A stretch of 64,000 nt of DNA, taken from contig CM082590.2 in assembly GCA_040954595.2 (NCBI GenBank), forward strand, positions 6,820,001-6,884,000, in the 5' to 3' direction. Position numbers and translations under genes: made by a program. The DNA comes from Balanoglossus misakiensis (taxonomy: Eukaryota > Animalia > Hemichordata). The notes beneath the pieces were generated by a model that was not told where the DNA came from, searched no databases, and worked only from the letters and a program-made list of their open reading frames with translations. Position 1 is the stretch's first letter. Every line of letters starts with the position of its first letter. Positions 1-37,500 of the stretch are shown piece after piece.

Positions 1-14
1 TGACATGGATGTGA

Positions 15-23795
<23,781 letters not shown>

Positions 23796-24450
23796 TTTAA
23801 AACTTAGGTACAGGTACTAAAGAGACTTAATAATCTGTGATGAAAGTAAAAAAAGTTACAGTCGAACCTGTCTATAGTGGCCTTTATAGACAGGTGGTCT
23901 TTATAGACAGGTCAATTAATGCACATGTGAATTTCACAGGGACTGTAACATAGTGGCCACTATATAGAGGTGGCCACCAACACATAGCTATAGTGGCCAG
24001 TCAAGGGACTTTCCTAAACTGGCCTTTATAGACAGGTGGTTTTTTAGACAGGTCAATTAATGTACATGTTAATTGCACAGGGACCGTAACAAAGTGACCA
24101 CTTAGTTTAAAACTTAGGTACAGATACTAAAGAGACTTAATAATCTGTGATGAAAGTAAAAACAGTTAGAGTCGAACCTGTCTATAGTGGCCAGTTGAGG
24201 GACTTTCCTATACTGGCCTTTATATACAGGTTTGTGAATTTACATGTTGATTGCACAGGGACTGTAACAAACTGGCCACTTAGTTTAAAACTTAGGTACA
24301 GATACTAAATAGACTTAATAATCTGTGATGAAAGTAAAAACAGTTAAAGTCGAACCTGTCTATAGTGGCCAGTCAAGGGACTTTCCTATACTGGCCTTTA
24401 TATACAGGTTAGTTAATGCACATTTTAATTGCATAGGGACTGTAACAAAG
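23796..24450 (+). repeat. Triplicated ~180-bp unit at the start of the 3' UTR containing a pogo/Tigger-like end (gtcgaacctgtctatagtggcc); related sequence at ~37080-37325
   Basis: tttaaaacttaggtacag.tactaaa.agacttaataatctgtgatgaaagtaaaa occurs at ~23796, ~24105 and ~24284. Confidence 0.75.
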
Positions 24451-25123
24451 TTATCTGTATATAGAACGCATGTACAGACAGAAATGAGAGGAAAAAGTCT
24501 GTAAGAAACACAAAATAATGCCAAAACAAATTTTTTATATAAACTAATCAGTGCTGAGGTTCTTCCAATCTTTCATGACAACTAAATCCCGAGTCTTTCA
24601 AAAAAATATTTCAATGAAATTCTCTTTCGTGGACAAAATAGCGAGGTTGACTTAAGAACTTTGAACAGGAATTAACATAATTACATAATTACAAAACATG
24701 AAGGTCTGTGTAAGACAAAGAAGTAGTTAAGCATTTGAGAAACAATTGAGTATAAAAATTACAACACATTTCTATTGAATCTTTCTACTAATCCATATAT
24801 GCAAAAATATGAATGAATTGTAAATAGGTAATTAAGAATACTACTTTAAACTTCTTGAAATAGGAAATGTTTGTGCATGTCTTTGAGTGTGTTCGGGCCC
24901 AATGATGTATACTTTTCTTACAAGATTGTAAATATTCAATTTATATAACGTCATGAAGTAAACAATGTGAAACAACTCATTTTAGTGATATGGCCAGATA
25001 AACTCTTAATATATATTCTTTAAAATAAAGTGTTATCAAATTTTAGATTGTGACCATTGATAATCTTGAGTCTCCTCATTAATGTAATGATAATAAGGAC
25101 ACATTTACAAAACAGTGATTTAA

Positions 25124-25208
25124 CCCTTTCACCGCCATGGTTCAGTCCAAATCCATTGTTTTCTATGGTAAAGTTGGACCTCTAAAGAGGAAACTGGGGG
25201 TGAAAGGG
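25124..25208. mobile_element. MITE family B (~85 bp, piggyBac-like CCCT...AGGG, TTAA TSD). Other copies ~170-256, 2410-2480, 4512-4597, 4669-4753, 4839-4924, 9830-9914, 18602-18686, 19903-19988, 22851-22934, 26472-26555, 28754-28838
   Basis: ttaa|ccctttcacc ... ggtgaaaggg|ttaa. TTAA with CCC termini is the established piggyBac signature. Confidence 0.85.
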
Positions 25209-28143
25209 TTAAATATTTTTAAATATCGGATATCATACTTAGTTCATATAACTGAGTATGATCTTATTAATGGTTTGGCAGGATAAGTGGCATAACTATA
25301 ATTTGGATTGGTTTGGTTTTAAACACATAATTCAAATCTAGTGAAATTTAGTCTACAATAAAAAAACAGGTTAACTATGCAAATTTCATTAACAGCAAAA
25401 CCACAGCATTATTTTTTAAGATTCAAGATGGCTGCCAATGACCATGTTAACTCGGGATAAAATTTCATATTGTTGAGTTTTTGGTGAAACGAGCTTCCAG
25501 TGGATGAGAATCATGGTCACAAAGGAACAAAACAAGTTAGCTGTGCACTTTGAAACATTTAATGGAAACTTGTACCTTGAGAAACATTAAGACTTCTTTC
25601 AATTGTTTATCATGACAGTTTACTACAGATTTTAGGGATATTGAGTATTTTAATGAGGTCAGAGGTCATCTTCATATACATGTGCTGTTTTCCCAGAAAT
25701 CTGCCGTGTATTACCTAATCACGTATTTACAGTTAGCTATGTTTTAACTAAAGTAACAAGATCAAAGTAACAATTCTGTCAGTAGTTGTGAAATAACACA
25801 TCTAGTAGCCATCCAACATACAGGGCTTCCTGGTAGTAACAGAGTAATAATTCGAGTTTACAGGTAAATTGTTAATGGTAGATATCAAATCCATAATTAA
25901 CATTTCAGTTAATCATCATCCAATCCCCTATTGCATTTAATATCATGTGTATATGCCATCTGTTCTGGGCATAATCAGGATATGGCAAACAGGTAGCTTA
26001 TAGGGAAAGTCTCTCTCTCTCGCTGCCCTTTTTCCATTAATTATATTTGATACAAGACACTATTTATATGGATATATAGTGAATCAACGTTGTATCACAC
26101 ACAACTTTCATCCCACTTGTTGACATGAGAGTGAAAAACTCACCAAAATGAATAATTGGTGTTTACAAACAGGATGGAAGTTGTGTGTGGTCAAACGTTG
26201 ATTCACTATATATCCACATGTAGAATAACATAAACGGTGTCTTGTATCAAACATAATTCATGGAAAAAGTGTAGCGAGAGAGAGACTTTGTCCCTTTAAC
26301 TATTGAATCTCATCCAGACAGGAGTAGAATCATTGTGACATAATCATTTCATGAATTGGTGTCAGTACATTCGCTAACAGAATATGGTATCACATTAGTC
26401 AAGTTAACAAAACTGTACAATCATTATGGCTAACTGATCAACTCATCATCCATTGTCTGCGTACGATTTAACCCTTTCACCACCTTGGTTCGGTCCAAAT
26501 GTATTTTTTCTATGGTAAAGGTGGACCTCTATACAGGGAACTGGGGGTGAAAGGGTTAAATGTCCCTGAACATCACATTGTGTGTACCCCACTGATGTTT
26601 CCCTGAAAAGGATTCATGGCCATGTTATACATCTCAACACTACATATTTCGTCCACGCATAACAAAATGTCTACATTTCCAGATTAATTGAATTTCACAT
26701 CCCCAAGGACCTGGGATAAGATATCTCATACAATTTAGGAACATTTTATCGTAAACGAACTGCAAGTGCATGTAAAAAGGCCGCATTTGCAACGAGCATT
26801 GAAAATCCTATGCTAGGTTTCCTTGGTGTGTGAGATTTTTGGTCTCACATGTCCAAAAAATTCATCAAATTTGCACTAGACAGATTGAATGACCGACAGT
26901 TCGACTGTTGTCTGGCACAGTTCAGTTCCTGCCCAGTGCTACAGACTGTGCCATTGGATAACATTTTGCGTGTGTTGTCCAAGGAACATTTGTTATCCAA
27001 TCAGTGCTTGTGTCATATAACATACTCCCAGCAATCTGAAATGTGAAAAACTATCATACCATATAAACTATCAGTAAATATTATCATGTGGTGAGTATTT
27101 CAAAACATTTTCCATGTCACAGCACAGACAAAACACTTCATTTAGTTTTTGTTAAAAAAAACACAAGAATTATGTCACTATGTTAACAACACCTGAATTG
27201 GTAGAGATACAATTTATTAACCAGACATCAGGTTATGGAAAGCACAATGAATCTAACCTGTAGTTTACTTTAATTTAGAATCGTAGCTTTGAAGACATAC
27301 TCTATATTCAGAAATATTTTGATATTCAACTGATTCGCTAGTATTGTTACAAGCAAAATATTTTTTGAACAAATTTGCTGATGCAGGTTTCGTAGGATAT
27401 AACATGCACTATTCAATCCCACAATGCACTCTGCTATACCACAAAGGACTGTTAGCAAATATGTACCACCTGTTCCGTTTCTCGCCACAACAAAATTCCT
27501 CTTAAAGGGAAAAGTCTCTCTCTTGCTGCCCTTTTTACATTGATTATGTTGATACAAAACAGTGTATGTTATTCTACATGTGGATATATAGTGAATCAAT
27601 GTTCGACCACACACAACTTCCATCCCGTTTGTAGGATATGAGAGTAAAAATCTCGCCAAAATAAAGAAAAAAAAACGGTAAACACCGATTATTCATTTTG
27701 GCGAGATTTTCACTCTCGTGTCTACAAGTGGTGTTGAAGTTGTGTGTGATCAAACATTGATTAACTATATATCCACAAGTACATGAATATAAACTGTGTC
27801 TTGTATCAAACATACTAAATGAAAAAAGGGCAGCGAGAGAGAGACTTTGTCCCTTTAACAAATCTGTACCACACATCCGTCCCTCGCCACAACAAAAATC
27901 CTCTTAAGCACGACACGAATCTATGCACAAGACCTATCTCACAGCAATATCAATATCACCCCTCCCTCCGGTGGCCATAATCAGTTGGTGTAAGTAAAGA
28001 GTTGATCAGTCCAGCCTCGATGCACGTTAGCTTGGTTAAAGTGGCTCTTCTATATAACTGCAATACTGCAGAAGGGTGTCAGGCCATTGTGTTCCAACAG
28101 TTTTTTCAAAACAACAATAAGGGCAAAAGGTTTTTTAAGTTGA

Positions 28144-28508
28144 AAGGCCCACGGTCGTCTTATGCGCATGTGCGTAATTTCGTGTGTTTCAACATTACGT
28201 TCAATCCAAATGTTTTGGAAATTTTGTGTTCGATGCATTCAAATAGTGGACTGCCTTCACTTCCTTCCACATTTCATGCGAACAGTATAAGTAAACTTGT
28301 TTTGTCCCTTCTTTTCACTCAATTTGCTGTCTGTTACCAATCTCTGACCCAGACTATGGTCGCCGCCATCTTGTCTGTTGAGTCTATGGTTGCCGCCATC
28401 TTGTCTGTTGTTAGGACAGCACACTGCCTTATCATGGCATTGACTTTATACAATTATTGTAACCAGAGTCTCTGGTTCGGCACATGAGCATAAGGCGATT
28501 GTGGCCCT
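28144..28508. mobile_element. Kolobok-like MITE; related copies ~10980-11300 (inverted) and ~7790-8025 (partial)
   Basis: aggcccacggtcgtcttatgcgcatgtgc ... gcacatgagcataaggcgattgtggccct|ttaa; shared interior gatgcattcaaatagtggactgccttc and tatggtcgccgccatcttgtct. Confidence 0.65.
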
Positions 28509-30007
28509 TTAAGGGATTTCAACTGGTTTGTGACTGTATAACATACCACACTAGGCTTCTTTTTATTGTAAATCTTTAAACTGTAAAGAGTGCATAGCAT
28601 ACCAGCAACAAAAATTATGCGACTTGAATGGAATCTTTATCAAAGCTATTTTCCAACAAAATGCGGGTAACTTATAAATACATGGAGGTGTAAATTGCAC
28701 TTTTCTATAGAAACGGCATGGTTTCTGCTTTTCAAGCATTCCAGTGATTTTAACCCTTTCACCACCATGGTTCATTCCAAACGCATTGTTTTCTATGGTA
28801 AGGTCGGGCCTGTATGCCGGCAACTGGGGGTGAAAGGGTTAAACTATTCTCTCATAAAAATAAGTATGTAATGTGTGTATTATGTTGCAATTTTGGTGTC
28901 CATGTAATTTTGAGACATGTTTCAACCACCATATTGCTTGATGAAAATTGATAATTTTTTGTCTGTCTTAAAGGTATACGGTCACCTCAAATTACATTTG
29001 CCTATATATTTTCAAAAGAGTGTAATTAAGGGGTAGAATTTCCATGGGGTGGGGCTCCTTTTTTTATGTGACACCCACTAAAAATTGGTGATTGGTTATT
29101 TGAATTTTCCATGGTAACAGTCATTAAATTTGCATAGATGACCATGTACCTTTAAAGACACCGCATGAAGTCGCGAACAAGTTGACCAAAAGTTGGCCAA
29201 CTTTTCACTGGTAGGGTTACTTAGTTTGGTTTGATGATCAACATATAGAGAAATATGTTGGAATTGTTTTATAAAGACCATTGACATGCCATTTTGGTGA
29301 AATACTAAACTGTAAATTTGTGAATAGTCCAGAAATCTTATCCAAGTCCTTTCAACAACTACAGTACTGTCATAAGCAATACTGTGAAAACTTCTGTAGA
29401 ACACTTTATTTTTGCGAGCAATAAATTTCCGCGAAATACGCGAGAGCCAAAATAGCGTGAAAATAAAAAGTCACATAAATCTTTTTGAAGATAACGATGC
29501 AGTGAATGAAATAAGAGAACGCGAAAATTAATATTCGCGAAACAGTGGCCTCTCTTGATATCGCGAAAATTTCAACTCACGAAAATAAAGTGTTTTACAG
29601 TATTTTGGTTGAAATTCTAAACTGTAAATTTGTGAATAGTCCAGAAACCTTATCCAAGTCCTTTCACCAACTTCAGTACTGTCATAAGCAATACTGTGTA
29701 AACTATCTGCCTGATGGTGGAGGCTATACTCATTTTATATTTAGATCTACACTGCACTATACTTTTGTAGACATTGAGCTGATCTATGGTATATTTTTGT
29801 AGACAATAGTTTTTGGAAACTGAACCAAGAGGCAGAGGTTGATAACTGATTTAAATGTCAAATTCTGCCGTATAAAATTATGGAAACATGTCCAGATTCT
29901 ATACTCATATGGGAATTGTACATGTAAGTACATGGTCCAAATAACCCCCAAATTTCAATACAGGCTCTTATGATACAAGGATAGTGTGCAGTTTATTAAC
30001 GATTTAA

Positions 30008-30420
30008 GGATGTACGTTCAGTAAAATTGAAAGTATTGTCATTTTTTTTAATTGTGGATTTTTGGATTCTCCTTTGTATGTATAATGAAAATCCGTAATA
30101 AAATATAGGGGTCACCGCGCTTGTTTTTGAAATACAGAGCCTTGAATTTAGTCGATAATAGAAGAAAACTGCTGACTCAGCATTTTTCACCAATGGTTTG
30201 TCTATGGGCAAAATTTTTGACGCAATTTATCTCAAAATAGAGCGCGGTGACCCCTATATTTTATTTGACCAATGAATTTATATTTGCTGGACTGAGCTAT
30301 GTGTAAAATTTTGTGAAAATGACAATAGTAGAAGTTTGTTTTCTAGCAATTTTCAATGTAATCCTATGGGAAAAAGACCGGGCGCGCACTGTTTCCGGTT
30401 TATGTTCTGCGCGTACATCC
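30008..30420. mobile_element. Kolobok-like non-autonomous element (GG...CC ends, TTAA TSD)
   Basis: ttaa|ggatgtacg ... cgtacatcc|ttaa. Confidence 0.75.
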
Positions 30421-30957
30421 TTAATACATTTTCTGACTTTATTTGATTTATTTTATTGTGGCATATGCATGGACTGTTGTGAATATCTATCAATGCAGAT
30501 AGATATTCTCCAGGAAATGTTGTATAAATTACAATTTCTGGAACATAAATTTTAATGTGAAAGCTATTTTCCTGATATTTTGTTTGTGAAATGCACTAAC
30601 TGTGGAATGTATATCTTGTATACTATTTGAATTCTGGTCATGACTTGTAAGATTTGTTTCCGTCCAAATGTAAAATCAGTTTTACATTATTCTATGGTTT
30701 TAACTACAAGTACTGGTGTTACTGAATTTTCTTTATTATCCATTTGAAAGATATTGATTTTGGTTGTCAATAAAATGTGAAATCTCAAATGGACCTGGTT
30801 TAACGTATTGTGTCTTGATGTTGGGCGATGTTGCTATGCTTTTTGTTGTTGTTGTTGTTGGGGGGGGGGTCTTTGGTTAACTGACTCGGTGTATAAATGT
30901 GGGGTCTGAAAAAAATCAACTCTTCTTTGTCTTTGTCGGTTGGGTCAAATATCATAA

Positions 30958-31148
30958 GGGGAGAACCATTTAATTTAAGGGGATTTGGGGGGGGGGGGCA
31001 TTGTGGGCAGATGGTGTGTTAGTCTCGGTTACCCAGACGCCTTTGCTTTTCTGGAGAGCATCGGAAGAGCAAAGGCGTCTGGATAACCGAGACTAATGGT
31101 GTGTAAGAAAAAACAAATCCCTCCACGAGAAATCAAATGGTTCTCCCT
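30958..31148. mobile_element. PIF/Harbinger-like MITE (TAA TSD) hosting a nested palindromic element
   Basis: taa|ggggagaaccatttaattt ... aaatcaaatggttctccct|taa. Confidence 0.6.
31020..31095. mobile_element. 76-bp palindromic element with TAG...CTA ends and a 9-bp TSD (ATGGTGTGT); Academ(H)-like
   Basis: atggtgtgt|tagtctcggttacccagacgcctttgct ... agcaaaggcgtctggataaccgagacta|atggtgtgt. Confidence 0.75.
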
Positions 31149-31511
31149 TAATGTTGTTAAATATCGGTGATTTTGAAGTACAATCCTTTAAATTATACAC
31201 ACAAGGTTCTAGTACTTAGTCAGTCAATGAATTTGCCAACTAAACAGAAATTCCCGGCTTTATTTGTAACCGAATACGAGAAAACAGAACTTGAAAGGCG
31301 ATGATTGAACCTTGACCCTAAACTGAGCTGCTTTGTTATTCAAATTTTTCAGTAGAATAGGAAAGCCCTCGTCTACCTATGTGCTTAGCATAACAATTCT
31401 TGCTTTCACCTAAACATATACGTGATACTGACTAGGCACGACCTTTGTCGATAAAAGCGGTGTTTTTTTCTAGACAAACGCGAGCGGGAGAATTTACAAG
31501 CAGCCGCCATC

Positions 31512-34500
31512 ATGTCGCGAGAACAGCGCTATCGGAGCAGAGAGACGACGTTCGATAACCCGGCGATGCAAGACTTTCCCTTGGAGACGGAGGATAGGTA
31601 CAGGCCGTATTCGTCGTCGCAGAACTACCCGTCGTCGTCGCGGCCGCATTACTACCACCAGCCTGAGTCGCGAGAGGCTCCAGCGCCGCCATCTCGTCAA
31701 CAACGACCGACGACGTCTTCAAGAAACAGCGAGGCGTCTCCATCGCTGACGCCCATCCCCACCGTCGACGCCGCTGTACGGCCGCCGTTGCCAAGGCCGC
31801 CCTCAGAGCGATCGGACCACCCGTCGGAAACCATCAAATTCGAAGCAAACGAGGGATTTTTTCTGTCCTACTGGAAGACCTTCTGGATTGTGCTCGCTGC
31901 TGTTTTCTTGATAATTTCAGTCGGATTACTTGTGGGATTTTTAACGCGACGCGCGTCCGGCCAAGTCGCGGCCAACGTCACCGTGGTAACGGAGCAACCG
32001 ACGCTTGACCCCGCGGTGGCCTGGCACGCGCAGCGCCTCCCCGAAAACATAGAGACCATCCGCTATGATCTTGACCTTCGCATCGATAAAGACCAAGGGG
32101 TACTCAGCGGTGCTGTATCAATAACTTTCAAGTGTACTGAAGAAACGGACCTTATTTTAGTGCATGCTTCGAGACTTGAAATCACAGCCAGCCAAGTTTC
32201 ACTGACAAATCAAGCAAGCAGGATAGACTTGCCCATCAAAAACCAATTCATATTTGAACAGAGACAGTACTATGTGATTGAGCTGGAAGAAAATTTAAGT
32301 GAAGACGCAGAATATGTGCTCCGTTTTGCCGAATTCACCGGACTGATAAAACCGGATTTATCGGGGCTTTACCTCAGCCCCTATAAAACTAGGTCGGGCT
32401 TTGAAAGGTACGTACACTGTTTTATTGGGGGGGGGGGGGGGGGAGAGAGAGAGAGAAATATAGAATTGATAGAATCTCACACTCCCAAGGACCTGGGATC
32501 ATCTCACACGGGTTGGGGATTTTCTGTCCCATACTCGCCTACGGCTCGTGTGGGACAAAATATCCCCGACGAGTGTGAGAAAAATGATCCCAGATCCTTG
32601 GTGTGTGAGATTATATTTCTCACACAGCCACAAATTAGCCAAATTCGTTAAAAAAACATTGAATAAATGACTCTGGAACTGTCGTCTGGGCATGGTGTAG
32701 TCTCTGTCCCTATAATACACATCACGCCATTGGATAACATTTAGAGCGCGTTAGCAAAAGAACCCTTGTCAACCAATCAGCGCTCGCGTCATATACAGCT
32801 TTCGATTCAGCGAGAGTGTGTGATCGATTTGTTCTCAATTCCTTGAACCAGCTATTCTCCACTAGGTTCAATACAACACAATGAATTAATTAAGGCTGTT
32901 GTTTCTACATGTAAGTGTTCATATAAGAACAAATAACGCGAAGCATCGTTAACCAAAAATAGGCCCTACTTCATTAAAAGTATTTTCAGTCGGTGAGCTT
33001 CAAGGACGCAAAACGTCATGCGTCAATGGCAGACTGGAATTTTCAATTAGAAACCAGAAATAATCACTCGCTTATTAGAATGAAAATACGCAATGTGATT
33101 GTTACCATGGCAACATAATGAAGGGTTTCATTTCTTGTGCCATGGCTTGTAATGATTTGCTTTGATTGAAACAATACAGCATTAATTACAAACATAATCC
33201 TGATTATTTTTTTCTTCAGTGAAGCCAAATACATATTTGCAAATGTGAATAGGGGTGGGGCTCCTCAGTGAAAATATCTTGTCTCTCATATTTTGATCAT
33301 ACGTCTACGTTTTCATGTACAGCTGCAGGACAGTAAATTTTATTATTTGTGTACTTTTGAGATCAATTGTGACACACGACATGACGTCACGGTACTTATT
33401 ATGTTACCCAGACTTTCTATTTGCACAACACCCATTGCAGTTCTGTATTTTAAGACTGCATGCAGGTACCTGTATATTGAAATGGGTAAAATGTTATTCT
33501 ACATGTGGATATATAGTGAATCATCATTCGACCACACACAACTTCTATCCCGCTTGTAGACACGAGAGTGAAAAACTCACCAAAATGAATAATAGGTCTC
33601 TACCATTTATTCATTTTGGGCGAGTTTTTACTCTCATATCATACAAGCGGGATGGAAGTTGTGTATGGTCGAACATTGATTCACTACATATACACATGAT
33701 AAACAGTGTCTTGTATCAAACATAATTAATGGAAAAGGGCATTGAGGGAGAGACTTTGTCCTGGGAGGTGTGTGTGGTCGAATGTTGATTCTCTATATAT
33801 CCACATGTAGAATAACATAAATGGTGTCTTGTATCAAACATAATTAATGGAAAAAGGGCAGCGAGAGAGAGAGACTTTGTCCCTTTATGAAGTAGTGTCA
33901 ATATTACTAATTCGTACTTCCATTAGTGACAGAACGGCATTTTGTTACCGTGTGTTGATGGTAGTGTCAGTTGAGGTCAGCTGCCTACATAAATGCTTAG
34001 TAGGGCCTGATAGCCTAACGTTTAGTTTGTTCAACGTGAGTAAAATTTTATCACCATGCTCCAGTATCTGGGCATAAATTTATATTGATGTATTCTCAAA
34101 GAGCTCAGAATTCATGTAAGAGAAATAACAAATTGGTGCTTTTCACAGACAATTTCCACTCAAGGTTAAGTGCGTGCCCGGTGACATCAGTCAGATTTGT
34201 CACAAAGCATTGAAGGTCAATGGGAATGTCATCGAAAACCTGAGGTGTACCAATTGTATTGTCTGAGAAATATCATTCAAAATGGCCGCCGTAAACACCA
34301 GTCTTGTTTACACGACCACTTTAGCACATGGCAGATTTTGGTTCATGACTGCCCAGTGAATTGCGTGGCGGTAGTGGACTGTTAGTAGACATAGAGTTGT
34401 ATTGTTACTGTCTTTTCACTGGAAACCAGTCACTCGTTTATAAGTAATTGTAGTAACGAAAGATTTCCATTTGAATATGAAAGCATAGTATTGACCCATT

Positions 34501-37500
34501 GCACATAAAGGCCCAACTCATTCAAATGTGGCAACACATAACTTAAGTTGTACACTCGCTGAGTTAACGTTAAGAGTTCAATGGAGGACAGATATATACA
34601 GTAAAACACTTTATTTTCGCGAGTTGAAATTTTTGCGATATCGAGAGAGGCCACTGTTTTGCGAGGATTAATTTTCGCGTTCTCTTATTTCATTCACTGC
34701 ATTGTTATCTTCAAAAAAAAATTTTCACAACTTTTTATTTTCACGCTATTTTGGCTCTCGCGTATTTCGCGAAAATTTATTGCTCGCGAAAATGAAGTGT
34801 TTTACAGTATATCCCTATCTTTTTGTCGCCATTAAAGCTTATAATCCCAATGTATACCAGAGCCAAATCAACACTAACTCTAACATCATTACTAATGTGG
34901 AGAGTCCTATTTCAATGTGCCTCATTCATTCTGACGTTATGGGTGAGATCACAGCGTTACCCCATCCATATTCTCCAATGAATAGGTGACCTGACCTCAT
35001 TCAAGGATCTTGGTTCAGGACAAAGGCTCCAGACAGAACCCTCCCCCACCATCTGTTTTTCCACAATAGAGAGAAACTTATTATGCCTGAACCAAAGAAA
35101 TCAGATTATAGTGTGTGTGAAAATGGACAAAAACAACTCCAGCTCGACGTGTGTATAATGAAATATAAACTCTTCATATATGTTTATTTCTGTATTCGCA
35201 TGTTAACTTGGGCTTTGATTACTGTAATTAGTAATATATTTAAGCAATAAAACACCCCCAGCCATGGTATACCACGAGATTTTGACCAGTTCACGACATA
35301 TACGCACAAGGGATAGCGAGTGCGTATATGGAGTTGAACTGGTCAAAATCGAGTGGTATACCATGGCTGGGGGTGTTTTATTGCTATTATATTATGCCAG
35401 TATATTGAAACTTTGCATAAAACATTTTAAAAAGGCATTTTCTTTAAAGTGGAACGACACCCTCAATTTTGGGCTTCAAAGTACAAACCGGGTGTCAAAA
35501 ACGGCAACGTTCCGATGGGTTAATTCACTTTCACTTCCTGCGCAAGCAGAAGACGCGCGTTGAAAATACTACAGTGACGTCAGCAACTTACACGTTCGAC
35601 GTGTCATTTCCAATAAACAGACACATTTTGCGCGGATCTGACATGGCGAAATGTCAAGTTCATGATTTTAAAAACATATTCGGAAAATCGACGGGGATAA
35701 GTTTCTTTCAAAGGCAATGCTCTTCGTGTATTGTATTTGTCGATGCGTGCAGACATAGACCCTGCAATGTCCATGATGCCATGCATGTCGACGTTTATGA
35801 ACAAACCGTAAGGCCTATACAAAGTTGTTCTAACTGCCGCTGATAATAATAAACGTACCGTTTTAAATCCTTCCTGCACGTTTTTTGGTACACGTATGTG
35901 GGTTTAATTTCCATTTATTGACGATCGCATAGTTATCAAATGAAAGCAACTAAAAAGGGCAGTTTTAATACATTTCAAGAGACGAAACATGCATACAATA
36001 ACTATAGTATTGGCTTCCATTATACTACGGACGTACTACACCTGGAGAGCAGGACGATGCACCTGCGTTCTTTTCAACTCCATAAAAGGTGACTAAGTAT
36101 TTTTGTAAGAAAAGTGGTTCGAAAAGGTGACAACGAGGGAGAGACAACGAGGGAGGGTATTGTTTAATTGCAGCATTGTCTGTTTCACCATAGACTCTAG
36201 GGTCTATGGTTTCACTGAAACCACACCAAGTGTAAGCCTTGACAAACGGGACACATCGGAGATCAGAACTGCATGAACTTTTGTCCTCTGTAAAATTCAG
36301 TCGCTTGGTCGTAGAAGGGAATCTCTGGTTCAAAATTGTAGCCTACTACCCGAGAATATGTTGCCATGCTAACGTCGTCGGTCGCGTGAGTGCAGGCGTG
36401 TATAAGCATAAGCTCCAACGCGTCGGCAGCGGACAACAAGTTGCTGACGTCACTCACTTCCGGGTTCGCGCAGTTTTTGGCTGGCTGTAGCTCTGTTATG
36501 CGTAAGTGAAAGTGAATGAAACCAACGTTTTTCATAGTACTTTTTAATCGCATTTCGCAGAATTGGCTCAAAAACGGATCACAACGTTCCACTTTAACTA
36601 TGATATATGACTGTGGTATATGGCTAATATATCACGGTCACGTGTCGTGTCTCGACCAATCAAATAGCGTGATTTACACCATCAATATACTGGTATAATA
36701 TAATTATCCATTTAGTATATGCAATACTTCATTATCACAAATAACAAATACTTATTTGACATGTTTTTTTAATCAAAAATGAAGTAAATCATGTGCACGA
36801 AATGCCTGCGGCATCTAACCACCTGTTGAATGTGTAGCGACTCAGTCACAGTTTTAGTGGTTCTATCGTCAAAGTACAGTTCCTATGGGTCTGCTACGGA
36901 CACAAAGGTTCAGCTTATCAAGTCTAAGTGTGAACCCGTTACAATTTTTGAGCCACTCAAAAGAAATGTTTTGAAAGTGTCCATCAGGAGTGTGGTTCTA
37001 GCATCAAAACATTAACAGATGGCATAGGGTTAACTCTAAAGGCGTTCTGTCAGTAGATAATAATTAACAATTTACATGTACAGTCAAACCTGTGTTAGTG
37101 GCCACCTCTATATAGTGGCCACTTTTATACAGTCCCTGTGCAATTCACATGTGTGTTAATTAACCTCCATATAACCCCTGGTGTATCAATGCTGTGAGAG
37201 CAAAGAAAGGTTTTACAATTACAATCAAATCTGTGTTAGTGGTCACCTCTACATAGTGGCCACTTTTATACAGTCCCTGTGCAATCAACATGTTCATTAA
37301 TTGACCTGTATATAAAGGCCACCTGAAATAAATGAACCACTCAATAAAGACATATTTAAAAGCAAGTCACGTTATGTTTACATTTGCATGCATGAGTGAA
37401 CTTTAGTCTCGGTGACCCGTTTGTTATTCTCCGGGGACTAGCATACAAATGAAAGGCACGGTTCTCAAAATTCATCTGCCTTTGGTCTGGTATGATTCTT

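Noticed and set aside
25024-25029. AATAAA as the WDR49-like polyadenylation signal
   Set aside because: Several AATAAA hexamers occur in this AT-rich region and cannot be distinguished without 3'-end data.
32408-32651. C-terminal part of the 379-aa ORF
   Set aside because: Read-through past the donor at 32407 into intron sequence (poly-G and GA repeat).
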